A stretch of DNA of 63,920 bases, filler included, from Aduncisulcus paluster (GCA_024181965.1; 21 parts of 21 records of this genome joined end to end with filler, not necessarily neighbours in it), one strand, 5' to 3'. Positions 45,712 to 58,896 are shown, numbered from the whole stretch's first letter. Program-made: numbers and translations. Notes: generated by a model from the sequence alone, not told the origin.

Positions 45712-47931
45712 ATTGTACAAATTCCGAGGACTCTACATGTACTCTGAATTTGGCATCACAATAAGCGATTTGGAATTAATAACATCATTTTCGTTGACCT
45801 CTGTATCTTCTTTCCAAGGTTTGCATTATGCCACCAATCTTGAGTATCTCTATATCACTGGGACAGAAGAGGGAGTAACACTTGCCTCCACCGATATCCT
45901 TGATCTTCCGTCATCTATCACAACTCTTGTTCTTGACAATGTGTTGATCGCATCGAGCATTGATTTCTCCAGTCTTTTATCCCTGACCTCTCTGTCCATC
46001 ATCAACGGAACTCCCTTTGATATGTCCTCATCTTCACTGTTCCCCACGTCTCTGACCTTCCTTGATTTGAGTGGATGTACAGGGTTTGACTATGATCTTT
46101 CTGTTCTTCCTGTGTTGACATTGAACACTTTGATAATGGATGATCTTTCTATTCCTGAGGGCACTTCTTTCTTTGCATTCACCTCTTTGATGTATTTGTC
46201 TCTCTCCAACTCTCTGTCACAATCTCTATCGTTGCTCTCAACTGCTAACACATTCCCTGCGAATTCTCTCACTTCATTGATTCTTGACAACAACTCGATC
46301 AGCGATATCTCTGTGCTCGTGACATCTGGTACCTTTGATTCATCTCCCTCTGTGTTGACATATCTGAGTTTCTCGAACAATCTTGTGTGCGATATTGATA
46401 ACACCATTGCTGATCTTCAAGCTTATTTCACGAATCTTGATGTTCCAGTCACAAGTTCTTTCAGTTATTCTCAATCATGTCCATGTTCGGAATCTATTTC
46501 TTCTGATGGTCATCGGGCATGTCGTGAAATATATCCCACTCTTTGGTCTTTGGAATGTTGGGATGGGTATTATTATGATGAGTCCAATGGTTCATGTGTT
46601 GAAGATATTTCCTCACAATGTCCATCTAATATCGATGAGTATCACAAATGTGTTCTACCCAATGATGGTTCAACTTCTCCTTCTCTTGGATGTAGAGCTG
46701 CCTGGTATGGTGATGATTGTGATCAATTGTATGAAGTGTATATTCCTGATGCTAATCTAAGAGAATTTTTATGTGATGCTGTTGGATATGATATTGAAAC
46801 CACTCCTCATTGTGATGTGTCTGAATTTGAACTCGGCGGAATTAACGGAGCCATTGATACTTCTAAACTGTCCATTTCTTCGCTTGAAGGCATGAGATAT
46901 TTGCTCAATGTTTCAAGTTATAATGTCCAAAACAACTCCATTAGTGTATCCTCACCACTCTCATTACTTCCTCAAACATACAATATTAAACTATACACGT
47001 CCGACAAAGAGCTCTATCCAATGAATGTTTCTGACATCGATAATATGTACATGCTAAACCGGTTGAAAACGATATCTATTTTTGGAAATGAGAAAGTGTT
47101 TGATATTTCATCTTTATACAGAAATGTTGGCATTGAAGACTTGAAGATAAGTTGGAAGGATACAACCCATTCTATATATATCTCATTGTGTAGAAGCGAA
47201 TCAAATGAGGAATACCTGGCATTTATTAAAGCTATATATCCTTTCCATGATATTTCTTCATCAACTATTAATACAAGAGACTATCTTCCAAACAGTTGTC
47301 CGCTTAACGCTTCTCCTGGTGACACGCCTTATTCGTGTGACCCTGAGACAGAAAGTGAGTGTCCCTCGATTGTTCTGAATGAGGTGTACAATAGTGCTGA
47401 TAAAGTGAACGAGAAGCAATGTGCGTTCATTGCGAAGGAAGGCGCTGATGGCGAGTGTTTTACTGTTCATGACGATTCCATTCGCCAATACCTGAAAGCT
47501 TATTGTCTTTCCGAGAGTGATGTTGAAGCGAATGGTATCATTAGTGTTGGCACCATGCGCAGCGATTTGACATGCTCGTCGTTGTCGCTCTCTGCCATTG
47601 TCTCCGATGCTTCCTCCTCTATTTCCACGCTTGACGAACTCACGACCCTGCAAGGTCTTGAGTATGGAACGTTGCTGACGTCTCTGACTGTTGATGGGTA
47701 TGACTTGAGTGGCGATACCAATTCCAACTCCGAGTACGATAGGCTGGTTATCCAGATCCTGGCGAAGGCCGTGACATATTCGAATTCGTATGGTTCCGTT
47801 GATTCCGGTCTCACGACTTTATCTGCGAGTGGATGTAACTTGAGTGCTGTGAGTGATGTGCTCGACCTGACCCCGATTGCCGATGGAGACTCTGCCACAC
47901 AACCATTCAAGCTGACATCCCTTGATCTCTC
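45712..47931 (+). CDS. LRR + Cys-rich surface-protein family fragment; open at both ends
   Basis: LTSLILDNNSISDISVL-type LRRs; ECWDGYYYDES; IPDANLREFLC cap; LQGLEYGTLLTSL. Confidence 0.85.
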
Positions 47932-48031
47932 NNNNNNNNNNNNNNNNNNNNNNNNNNNNNNNNNNNNNNNNNNNNTTAATTAATTAANNNNNNNNNNNNN
48001 NNNNNNNNNNNNNNNNNNNNNNNNNNNNNNN

Positions 48032-49415
48032 CTGAGGGTTATACGCAACGGTCTTGTGATGCTTCATCTTAAGGGTTTCTGTAAGAGTCTTAAACATGTG
48101 GTTGGCAAATTGGGTTCCGTTATCTGATCTAATAACGTCAGGAAACCCATATCTAAGAAAGACTTCATTGATGACACTGGTAGCTGCCTCCTTAGCTGTG
48201 AGGGTCTTAGTTGGTATGAGCTCAACAAAGCGAGAGAATGCATCAATGGCCACGATTAGATACTTAAACCCATCTTTTGATTCGGGAAAGGGGCCCATGG
48301 TATCTATGGCGACACAATAGAAAGGATTTTCGACGAATGTGTCACCGGAGCTCTTGAAGAATTCCATGGAGAGTCGGTCTCTCTGACAGATGAGGCATTC
48401 AGACACCCAAGAAGATATATCTTTCTTCATCTTGGGCCAACCAACTTCCCATTCCTTGAGTTTACGACACACAGCATCTCTTCCCTTGTGTCCGCCAAGA
48501 ATATCTCCATGAGCAAGAGTAAAAACATCTTTTCTGAGAGTGCCTCATCTGGTATGAAAATAGAGCCATTTTGTAAGTAAAGCAGTTCATCCTTCCGTTC
48601 TAAGTTCAGACTTTTCCATTCTTCCTCTCCTTTCTCCACGAGAGATTTTTGAGCTTCTTTGATCCGAGTCAAAGGGGCTTCAGGTGATTCCATATCTGGA
48701 AGGAGTTTCATTGAAGACAGAAAATCAGGATCAGGGTCTTTAATTTTCCAGTACCAAATTTTAATGAAATCAGTACTTTTTATCTTAAAAAATAAGTACC
48801 TATTTCAGTACCTCCAAATTGGGTCAAAATTGGTGAAATTAAAGCCATATTCAAAAAATAAATCGAAAGAAAAAATCTTGATCATCATGATATAACCGCT
48901 GGGAAGTAAAATAAATCAAATCGTATTTATTCAATGCAACCAAGTAATGTTTCAAATCCATGGATAAAATAAATGTGCTATTTATAGACTTCATTGTTCA
49001 AGACGAAATTTATTTTTTCCCGTTTTCTTTGCAATTAAAAATAGTATGGTACGATTTCCCCAATTTGATTTGGTTTCTTTTGTGAAAAAGATATTTTGAC
49101 TTTTGTAGATCGATTCCCCCATCTGGGGCAGCTGTAGAAAGATGTTTTTCTCTATATGGAATGGTATATCACCAATACAGGAGAAGAATGAAGAGTGAAA
49201 CAAAAGAATCTTCAGTTTTATTGTATTTTAATAAATAAATGTCTTAAATTAACGTCAATTATGTTGATAATTTATTCAAAAATACCTAAAAATAGTTCAG
49301 TACCTCAGTACCTAATTTCCAAATCACAGTACCATTTCAGTACGTACTGAAAAATTAAAGACCCTGATCAGGATTCTGTGCGAACTTGACCAAACGACTG
49401 CAGCAATCGGCTCCA
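48032..49415 (-). pseudogene. Inactivated Ty3/Gypsy pol fragment (RNase H end, HHCC zinc finger, integrase core) with a MITE insertion and a frameshift near 48540
   Basis: ADCCSRL (ADALSR-like); AHGDILGGHKG...CLICQ; IDTMGPFP; IDAFSRF; IRSDNGTQF. Confidence 0.9.
48732..49366. mobile_element. Complete 635-bp non-autonomous hAT-type element (MITE)
   Basis: 23-bp TIR CAGGGTCTTTAATTTT(C/T)CAGTAC with one mismatch; 8-bp TSD ATCAGGAT at 48724-48731 and 49367-49374; subterminal CAGTAC repeats. Confidence 0.93.
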
Positions 49416-49914
49416 NNNNNNNNNNNNNNNNNNNNNNNNNNNNNNNNNNNNNNNNNNNNTTAATTAATTAANNNNNNNNNNNNNNNNNNNNNNNNNNNNN
49501 NNNNNNNNNNNNNNNAATACATTCGATAATCACATAATTTCTTTTTTCTATCGACTTTGGATCTAAATTTTTCATTAGCGGCAACAAAATCAACAAATTT
49601 TAGACCCACCCGCAAGTTTGAAAGTTTAGGACACCTTTCTTCTTTTTAACGTTGTTTTCTCTCGTAATACTTACTATTATAGTTATTTAAATTGTTTAAA
49701 GTGTTAAAGGTATTATATGCAAAGAGGAAAAATAGAGTCGCCCCCCTCAAAAATGATGAAACCACAATTTGCTTAACTTCCGGAATTGAACCGGAGGGTT
49801 ATGATTTCGAGTTAAATAGAATGTTCCTTTAATATAAAAATGAACGAAATACCATTCAACATTTTTACTATATAATATCCATCTGTTATTCTTGCTGACC
49901 ATTATCTTAATAAC

Positions 49915-50104
49915 TTCTCCTCCCTCCCTCATTGACCTAAAGGCTGCGATCTGGGGATGATGGGATGGAAAGCTTAAAGATATGTCTAACCCCGACTTCC
50001 AGTGCCCAGAGCATCACGTTCCATATGCCCAATAGGGCTAGGTTTATTTCTGAATTCTTTTTCCCTGCTAGGTTTTCTTTCTTAAATAAATATTATTACT
50101 ATAC
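49915..50104 (+). mobile_element. Second copy of the RLE-element 3' terminus
   Basis: Homologous to the reverse complement of 35561-35742; last 34 nt identical. Confidence 0.8.
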
Positions 50105-50184
50105 TGTACTATACTGTACTATACTATATACTGTACTACTATACTGTACTATACTGTACTATACTACTATACTGTACTATACTG
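50099..50184. repeat. (CTATACTGTA)n minisatellite with short variants
   Basis: Direct reading of the sequence. Confidence 0.95.
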
Positions 50185-50420
50185 GCTAACGATTAGATTT
50201 TTCGAAATTATTTTTCGATCTATTTTATATCATTTTTGCTCTCTGAACTAGAAATAATTATTCAATTATTAATTAATTGATATTCCTAGTGCTTTCGACA
50301 TCCCCGTAAATATCTCAACCAATTGTTCCGTTCAAACAAATTTGAATAGAAATAATTATTGCCGTTATAATACTATACTGATAGGATCTCTTGAATACTT
50401 ATTTATCTTAACAATCGAAA

Positions 50421-51270
50421 ATGATTTCTGAATCAAGTTTTGATCTGATTAAATGCAGGTGTTCTCGTCAATTTAACAATGTTAGAGGTGCTTTAATGCA
50501 CAGTAATTCTTGCTCACGTGATATATCTTACATGAGATTAACATTATTTCGTTGTTTTTGCTGTGATAAATATTTTTTATCCATTAGCGAAATCAAACGA
50601 CACCTAACACGTAATCCTACACATAAGGTTGCTTTTCAACATTTCTTTTCAAGAGATGATGAATCAAAACTGACTGGCTCCTTTGGAGACTTCGTTAAAA
50701 GCAACATTACAAAACTTGTCACACCTCAGGCTCGCGAAGGAACTTTATCACGTCTACATACGTTTGATACTGTTTCACAAGATGAGGCTTCTACTTTAAC
50801 TGCTCGTTTGGCTGCATCACACCCTGATCGTTCTATCACTTCTTCAACCTCTTCTCGTCGTAGATCTGTCAGAACCTCCAGTCTTTGCCAGCCAATACAT
50901 GACAGTACTCTTACTATCCCCTCTTCTCGACCTCTACCTCCCTGTGAATTGTTAATGCCATCAGTTATGATGGTCAATCCCTTGTTTGGTCGAGACATCC
51001 CTTATCCCCCGTCAGATGATCCAAATTCTGAACGTCAGGCTGATCTTTCAACTCAGCCACTCTCACTTCCATATGATCATCATGTTAGAAGCGAAGATGA
51101 CGGAACATCTGGCCATCAATCACTTATATCTCAGATACCGACCTCAAATGATGCCTCCAGTCAATCTCAACTTGTGTCTGCTCAGCTTCCATCCCCTCAT
51201 CTCTCCCCCAACCCTCTTCACCTCCCCCATTCCTCTACCAATCCTCTGCCTTTGCCTCCACCTCCACCTC
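50421..51270 (+). CDS. Double zinc-finger protein N-terminus with Ser/Pro-rich linker, possibly the 5' end of an RLE non-LTR ORF; 3'-partial
   Basis: CRCSRQFNNVRGALMHSNSC (CCHC-type) and FRCFCCDKYFLSISEIKRHLTRNPTH (C2H2). Confidence 0.55.
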
Positions 51271-51370
51271 NNNNNNNNNNNNNNNNNNNNNNNNNNNNNN
51301 NNNNNNNNNNNNNNTTAATTAATTAANNNNNNNNNNNNNNNNNNNNNNNNNNNNNNNNNNNNNNNNNNNN

Positions 51371-54300
51371 AGAGAGATGTAGCTGGAGCGATGTGGACTC
51401 TGAGAGAAACTCGTAAATTGACACTCAAAGATGGGGATCTTGATACATTCGATATGGAGCTCAGAAATACCTTCTCTAAACACTGTTCATCGTTGCAGAT
51501 TCGTCCAGCTGCTTCCCCTGCATTAAAATCCTCAAATGACATGTCTGTGACTGAAATATATTCACATGGGTTGTCCCGTATCCCCACAATGTGTACTAGC
51601 CTTTTATGTGAATGTCTTGAGGGCTCTGATGTCGCTGATAGAGGTGAAGGTACATTCGGACATGGATCAATGTTGGGTCGTATGGCCAGTTTCTCACACT
51701 CATATCTCTCTCTCCCCCTCTTCCCAACTCTCTGTTCTTTTGCCACTCCCTCGTGTGTGTCTCTGTTCTTCTCTTCTCTTCTCTCACTCATGCTCTCAAC
51801 CTCTATTCACCTCTCCGTGCCTCGTTGTGTGGCAGAATCAGTCCGTTCCCTGTGTATGGTGGCTGATGTCCTCAAAAACGTGTGTGTTCGGTGCAGAGAT
51901 GATGGTGTGATTGAGGAGAGCGATGACTATGAGTATTACTATGAAGAGGAGGAAGATGAGGAGGAGGAGGAGCTTGAACCCATTGATACCCAGGAGGCCA
52001 AAGACCTTGGCATGGACGAGAAAGAATCTGGAATTGATGATGCTACTGCTCTGATTGATGAAGATACGGGGACAGAAGCAGACTCTGATGTCACTGTCGA
52101 TGGATTACAGTCTCTTAGTGTATCTCAGAGCAAAGGAAGCGAAGGAGAGGTTGAGGATGATATTGAGTGGTTTGGTGGTCTCACAACTGCTGCTGTGTCC
52201 ACCTCCTTCTCAAATACCGTGGATGATATTTCTCCTCTTCCATCCTTTCCTCCGAGTCTCTTTTCTCAGACCAAATTCTTTGTGTTCCTATCAACTCACA
52301 CAACCATGGACTTCCAGCGTTCCCACTCTCTCCTGTCTCTCTTCCTCTCTCTCTTTTCTTATTCGAGAGTGCTTGGACACTGCATATGGGAGATGATTCT
52401 TTGTACAATACAAGATGTCATGGTATTTATGACATTACACAAGAACCATCCTTTCCATTACATCTGTTCATGTTCATCCCTCTTTGCAGATTCTTTCTCC
52501 ACTTCTTCCACGGACTCTCCTTTCTCCCTTCTTCTCTCATCTATCTTCTTCTCTCTGATTCCATCTCTTCCCTTGCATTCGTTTAGGTGTGCAACTCTTG
52601 CATGTGTGTCTGATCTGAATCATCCACACCGACTCTCTTCCTTGTTCCACTCTCAAATTCACACTGAGTTGTGCAAAGAGGATCAGGATGGATCGGTGAT
52701 GCTTGTGAAATCCTGGCAGAAAGAAAAAGGAGAGAGCTTGATCGGTCAAGAAGGAGAAGAGAGGCTTTCAAAGGTTAGAAGAAACATTATAAAAGATGTC
52801 AGTGAGGCCAAATTGAAGCCATTATCGCTCTTATTCCCATTTGTTCTACCTTTCTCCTCATTGGGAAGACCCATATCCCTCTCTTATCTCCCTATCACTC
52901 TTATGTCTCGTGTTGATCTCTTGGCCTGGGTGTGGGGTGATATCAGTGAAAAATGGGTTAAGCTGAGCACCGAAGAAGGTCTCACCTGGAGTGGGAGTGT
53001 CACTGTATGTGAATTTATAAAGTACATTCTCAAGGAACACGCTGGATACACTCACGAGATGTCCACCGTCAATGGCCACGAGTCCTGGAATGGGATGGAA
53101 GAGGAAGGGAAGGAAGAATGGGATGAATGTAGAGATCTATTGCATTGGTGTGGAGGACGATGGGAAAGGGTGTCATTAATCGATGACGTTACCTTTGAAT
53201 GTGTGTTCCCTTACATTTCAACTCAGGATCTATGTTCTGTGTTCTCCGTAGCATCTCAGGAACCTATTTCCACTGTTACTCTGTTCAACCCGATATCTTC
53301 TCTTCTTCTCTCTCCCTCTCTCTCTTCCATCCTTCCCCATCTCTCCTCCCTCTTGGAGCTCTGTTGTGAGTCTGTTGGTGGTGCTTATTCTCCTTTGTTG
53401 CACACACTGGGCACTATCCTTACTGATCACTCTAACCACTTTGAGTCTCTCGCTGTGTTTACAACCCTTATCGAGGAGTACATTCACCACATCCCTTTCT
53501 TTGTATTCCCTCTCTGTCTTGACGTGTGTTCCAGCGTTATCAGAAGTGGAGGGGATGGAGGGATAGTTGGTGTTCAGCTCATTGGGCAGATCATTGATCA
53601 TGTTACACGAGGACGCAGTCTTCCGGAGGCTCATCTCATACGGAAGGAAGTAGCTTCTGGGGAAACAAAGGAAGATGGCGGTGAAGACTCTGATGTGTCT
53701 CCTCTTTCCTCTTTCTTCCAATCTCTCCTGTTCTCTGGTATATCCCTTCTTTGTTCATCTTTGACTCATCCAGAGAGAGATGTGTGTGTCGAGTGTGCCA
53801 ACAGAGTCAGCGAATGTGCCATTGACTGTATTCTCGTCGTGTCTGAAGAGTTGGCTTCTGGGATCATCAGTGTTCTGTGTGACTCTTGTATCAAAGTATC
53901 CAAAGATTGTGAAAAGGAGAAGAGAAGTGACAAGAATCGTAGGAAACCAAGAGATTATAAGGTTCGCAGAAGAGAATTATGCTCCTCAGCCAAAGATAGA
54001 GTCTTTGATATTCATTTACATGCCTCTAATTTGCCCCCCGCTTCCTCATTGATGGGTTCTTATGCCCTTAAGGACAAGGAAGTGTCAGTAGGTTGCGTGT
54101 GTCTCTGTTTGGTACGTCGGTGCATGTCAGCTGTATTGTGGAAACAAGGAATGCGTACGTCCCATCCCATGGAGATTCCATGTGTAACTCCATCGGCGGT
54201 CTCTTCAATGTATTTGTCTTCACTTGCTTGTCTGACACACGCCATATCTTCCCTCACATCTGCTTGTTTCTCTCTGGCTGTGTGTGCTCTGTGCGAGATA

Positions 54301-56061
54301 TGGTGCTTAATGCACAATGAAATGTTGGTTAGCATTGCCCTTGAGGAAGAAAAGAAGTGTAAGAGCGATGCTTCTGTTTCTCCGGATGAGTCTAAAAATG
54401 GTCTCACTGAGAAAGAGTCAAAAATGGTCAGATCTCTCTCATATTCAGTGCCTCAGCTTCCTGTGAATCTTGCCTCTGCCTTGTTTTCATACCATTCCGT
54501 GTGGATCAGCATTTCGCATGGGATTTCTATATCTCTACTCTCATCGACTCCATTCTTTACCCTCTTATCCAGATGTGGGCTGTCATATTGTGATGTCATT
54601 CCGCTGTCACCTTTCTCAACCATCGCCAGTGTGGTTTCCATCTCTGTCCTAATGGATCGTGTGTCGGAAGGTGTGAAGAAGAAGGAGAATGAGTTCTACC
54701 TCACTTTACTTGCGCCTCTCTCGGCAGTGACTCCGACGTGTACACACACTCTGTCTCTTTGTTTCTACATAGCCGTGGGACTTTGTGGAAATGAACGTAT
54801 GCGGTTTAAGCTGGAGAAACTGGTTACTAGGGTTCGAACAGAGGCCGAGTATGATGAGGATGAGAAGAGAGAACGGCGAGATGTTGATGATTCTGAGCTT
54901 TCATACGATTTTATTTCGCCCCAGGATACTACATTCCTGAAGAAATTCTATAATGATATGGTACACTCTGTTGAACCGGATGACATTGGGAAAATCCCAT
55001 CGTGCCTCCCTTTTCTTGAACATCAACCCAGTGTGCAGGTGTTCTCGAAGTACATCCAGATGTGTATTGCTCAAGTTGAGTTCTTGGATGAGGCTTCTTT
55101 CCTTCGGTCTGTGCCACTCTTGCTTCCTGTTCTATCCCTTGTTATCCGTGAGTGCATCAGAGATGGATTCGTCGAAGAAGGTGCTCTTGGTGTATTCGTA
55201 TGTGAAAAACTCTGCAATTGGTGTTCAAACATTGAGGAGAAGGGAGGAGAGGCTGAGATGATGAGCATTTGGAAAGAAATGGAAAAACTCTTGTTTTATT
55301 GTGTTAATTCTGTTACTCATTCAAGATTTGTGGATATTTCTCCACCAATGGTGTCTGTTTTGAACCATATTATGCAATACATCTATGGCCACACTCATGA
55401 TTCTGAACTTATCAAGGATGTTCCCACTTCTTTGATAGGCCCATTATCCCTACTCTTGTCATACTTTGCCCTTCTCCCATCGTGTCCCCTGTCTCCTTTA
55501 TCACCACCTCACTCAGTTGAAGTGTGGGGAACTTTGAACAAATGTTGGAAAACTAATATTACAATTTTACAAGACATCATTACATTTGGGTGGGAAAGGG
55601 AAACCCTCTTGCATGATGAGGTTTTGGGTGCAACTATTGCTGCAGAAGCTGAGTCTGGAGAAGAAAGGGATGGAGAAAAGAAGAGGAATGAGGTATCATT
55701 GGTGTTGCTGCAGAAATGGGGTAAAAAACCTCTTCCGGGCTCCTTCTCTCCATTGATCCTTGTGCAATTCTTCTTGTCTCTTTTCTTTAGACTCTCTTTA
55801 CTTCTTTCATCTGCATCTGGCATTTCAGAACATACATTGGAGATGCATAAAGATGTTGCCCAGTTATTGATGAAAATAAGAGTTCCTCAGAGATTCTGTT
55901 CTATTTTTGGAATGGAAAAGAACAGTGTGGAAGATGGAAAGGCTCATATTGCTTGTATGCTCCCTGCTGTAAAGGTTTTGATGCCAGTTTCTGATGAACG
56001 TGTAAGACACAGTTGTGAAAGGCTATTCGATGTTGTTTCTCGGACCTTGATGTTAATGTGA
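51371..56061 (+). CDS. MON2-like (Sec7/BIG-related HEAT/ARM) trafficking scaffold, 5'-partial
   Basis: VLGHCIWEMILCTIQ, MSRVDLLAWVW, VGVQLIGQIID, HPERDV and C-terminal KAHIACMLPAVKVL...DERVR recall MON2 blocks in the correct order. Confidence 0.5.
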
Positions 56062-56598
56062 TCAAATAATAATTTGTTAAAATAATTCCAAAGTCACATT
56101 TATTTCGGTTTTACCAATAAATTTCTTGAATATTAACAGGCTTGATCCAAATTTATGTGACATTTTTGTTCCCCATTGAAATATGCGTCTTTATAATTTT
56201 ATTAATTAGAATTCATTCATAAATGTTTTTGATCCATGAAGTTGAACGACATATAATCCTTGAGGAGTGCCAGAGTCGCTTTTTATGATTTCGTTGGTTT
56301 TTGGTTCTCCTTTTGGTGCCATTGGAAAGCAATCCTATTATTCTATTGTACTTTCTGCTCATAAAATCTAATATAGTGCTTATAATATCTTTGTTGTATG
56401 TTCAATTATTCTATTCTATTGTTCTGTGTTCGTTTGTTTGGTTTTGCTCTTTTGAAGCTTACTGGTGTTAGTTGATAATTTATATTTATTTATTATTTTT
56501 AATCTATTACTTTTATTATATTTATTCTGTCAGTCTTCCAGATATTCTTGTTGTTTCGACTTTGCAAACCAAATCTAACAAAGAATTATATATGGCCA

Positions 56599-57759
56599 AT
56601 GGGATCTACTACATCTATTCAAGTTGTGAACCCAGAGCGTATCCATAAAGGTGGATGTGCTTGCTGTCCGATTTCTCTTGATTCCCCCAATGTTTTGAGT
56701 CCGGACTTTCTAGCAATCAAAGCAAGGGATTCAACCAAGAAGAAAAGTCATCATGGGTACAATCAAAGTCATCATGCTCAAACTATGATGAAAGGATATG
56801 GTTTTGATGGATTTCTTACCCATATCTCGATTCCTTTCTCTTCGCCTTCCTCGATCAAAGGTGTGTATATCCATTTAAATGGTAATTCTTGGAGTTCTTC
56901 GGAATCACTATCATCCCATCTTATCTTCACTTCTACAGCACTTCCATCCCATCTTGTCTTCACTTTCAGTTCTTCAAATGGTCAGAAAGTGTCCAAGAAG
57001 TACGAATTTCCTGATTTTGAAGGACATCATTGGTATTTCCTTCCTGTTGATCTCCTTGATATTATTCTGTGCGAGATTACAGGAAAAGGAAAAGAGACAA
57101 TGAATTTCAATATCCAAACCTTGCTTTTCATTCGAGAAGAAACCCATGAAGAAACTATAGCTCGTGAAACCAAAGAGAAAGTATGGTCTGAAGCTGTGGT
57201 TATGAAACCAGAGTTTGTTCATATTGGATCGAATGCATTTGTTCCCATTCCCCGTGATGATCCAAAACTTATCAATCCTTCATTCCTTTTGGTTCAAGGA
57301 AAGGATGATTCGGAAAGAAAGGAATCTAAGAAGTATGATCAGAGTTCAAGAGCACAAAGAATGTTAAAGGGGGAAGTTGATGATGTTCACTTATCCTATC
57401 TTTCTATTCCTTTTCTATTGCCTCATCCTGTGAAAGGGGCTTACATCTGTGTTCATAAGTATGGTAGTTCACCCTCTCTTCTCTTCACTTTTAGCGACTC
57501 TGATGGCAAGAAGACATACAAGAAGTATGAATTCACAGAACCTCATAATTTGTATGCATGGCACTTCCTTCCTATTGATTTGTCGAATATTGTTTTGTGT
57601 GAGATTGAAGGGAAAGGAACGTGGGATGAGAAGAATTGTCGATGGTTTGGCATTTGCTCCCTTGTTTTTACAATGCCAGATGAAAGTGAAATTATTGAAC
57701 GATTGTCCCTTCTTCCATGGGAACATTATAAAGATACTATTGAGATCAAAATGCAACTA
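56599..57759 (+). CDS. Protein with two tandem copies of an uncharacterised ~170-aa domain; predicted N-myristoylation; 3'-partial
   Basis: MGSTTS start; repeated P(E/R)xxHxG...AQxMxKG...xSIPF...KGxYI...LxFTFSxSxGxKxxKKYEF...WxFLPxDLxxIxLCEIxGKG. Confidence 0.8.
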
Positions 57760-57859
57760 NNNNNNNNNNNNNNNNNNNNNNNNNNNNNNNNNNNNNNNNN
57801 NNNTTAATTAATTAANNNNNNNNNNNNNNNNNNNNNNNNNNNNNNNNNNNNNNNNNNNN

Positions 57860-58896
57860 CGGTAGGTCCTTTGCCGGTAGACAAGAATGATTTTAAACAT
57901 TTGCTTGTCGCCATCGACGATTATTCAAGATTTGTGGTGATAACCCCATTGAAATCTTTGAGGGCTGACGAGATAGCCCGGTCCCTATTTACAAACATCT
58001 TTTCGTTACACGGACCTCCAAATTCAATCCGGTCGGATGGTGGTTTTGTAAATGAGACAATGGTGGAACTAGCGAAATTGTGTTCAATAGACTGGATTAC
58101 CACTCTTCCCTACAACCATGAGGAAAACGGCCTTGTAGAAAGGTTAAATAGAGAAATTCGGCGGTTGACACGAATATACTTCATGGATCACGATAGTCCA
58201 GACTATTTACTCGACTCAGCAGCTCTAACCTCTTCTTTAAACAGCAGGGTTCATTCATCAACAGGTGTCTCACCGTATTCGGCGATTTTCGGAACCCATA
58301 GACGATTATCATCCATACCACCAAACCCACGACCTTCCCTTTCCATATCAAAAGAGATTATCCACGATTTAGATGAAAGATTACGGAAGATACGTGGAAT
58401 TATGGAAAATACCCAGGAAGAGGTATATAAGAAACAGGATGCAAAAGTCAGCGATACAGACAATTTTATTGTTGACGAACTAGTCCTCCTAGCACCTCCA
58501 AAAGCTCCCAAGAAACACGTTCCTGTTTTAAAGGGTCCATTCAGAATTTCTTCTTTTTTGAGTGACAAGTTCTCATTAAGACCACTAGATGGGGGAAAGA
58601 TTTTCACTGTTCCCCGTCGGAGGCTGAGAAAATATAATCCTGGGGATGAGGACGAGGCAGAAATGGCTCGGATCAGTGCTAAGGACGAAGAAGAGTTCTC
58701 CGTTGAAAAGATATTATCAAAACGCTTCGGTGGGAAAAAGAAAATAGAATTTAAAGTCCGATGGGAGGGCTATGGGCCGGAAGAAGATTCCTGGCTATCG
58801 TGGAAAGAGGTAAAAGATTTGGAAGTGTTGGATAAGTTTTTGGACGAGAATCCAAGACTGAAAGAAAGAATTGAGAAAGGAAACATGAAATTATGA
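57860..58896 (+). mobile_element. Ty3/Gypsy integrase with GPF motif and canonical chromodomain; 5'-partial
   Basis: VGPLP; AIDDYSRF; IRSDGG; ENGLVERLN; TGVSPY; LKGPFRI; FSVEKIL...FKVRWEGYGPEEDSW. Confidence 0.93.

Noticed and set aside
50099..50184. Telomeric repeat
   Set aside because: Internal, short, and lacking G-rich strand asymmetry.
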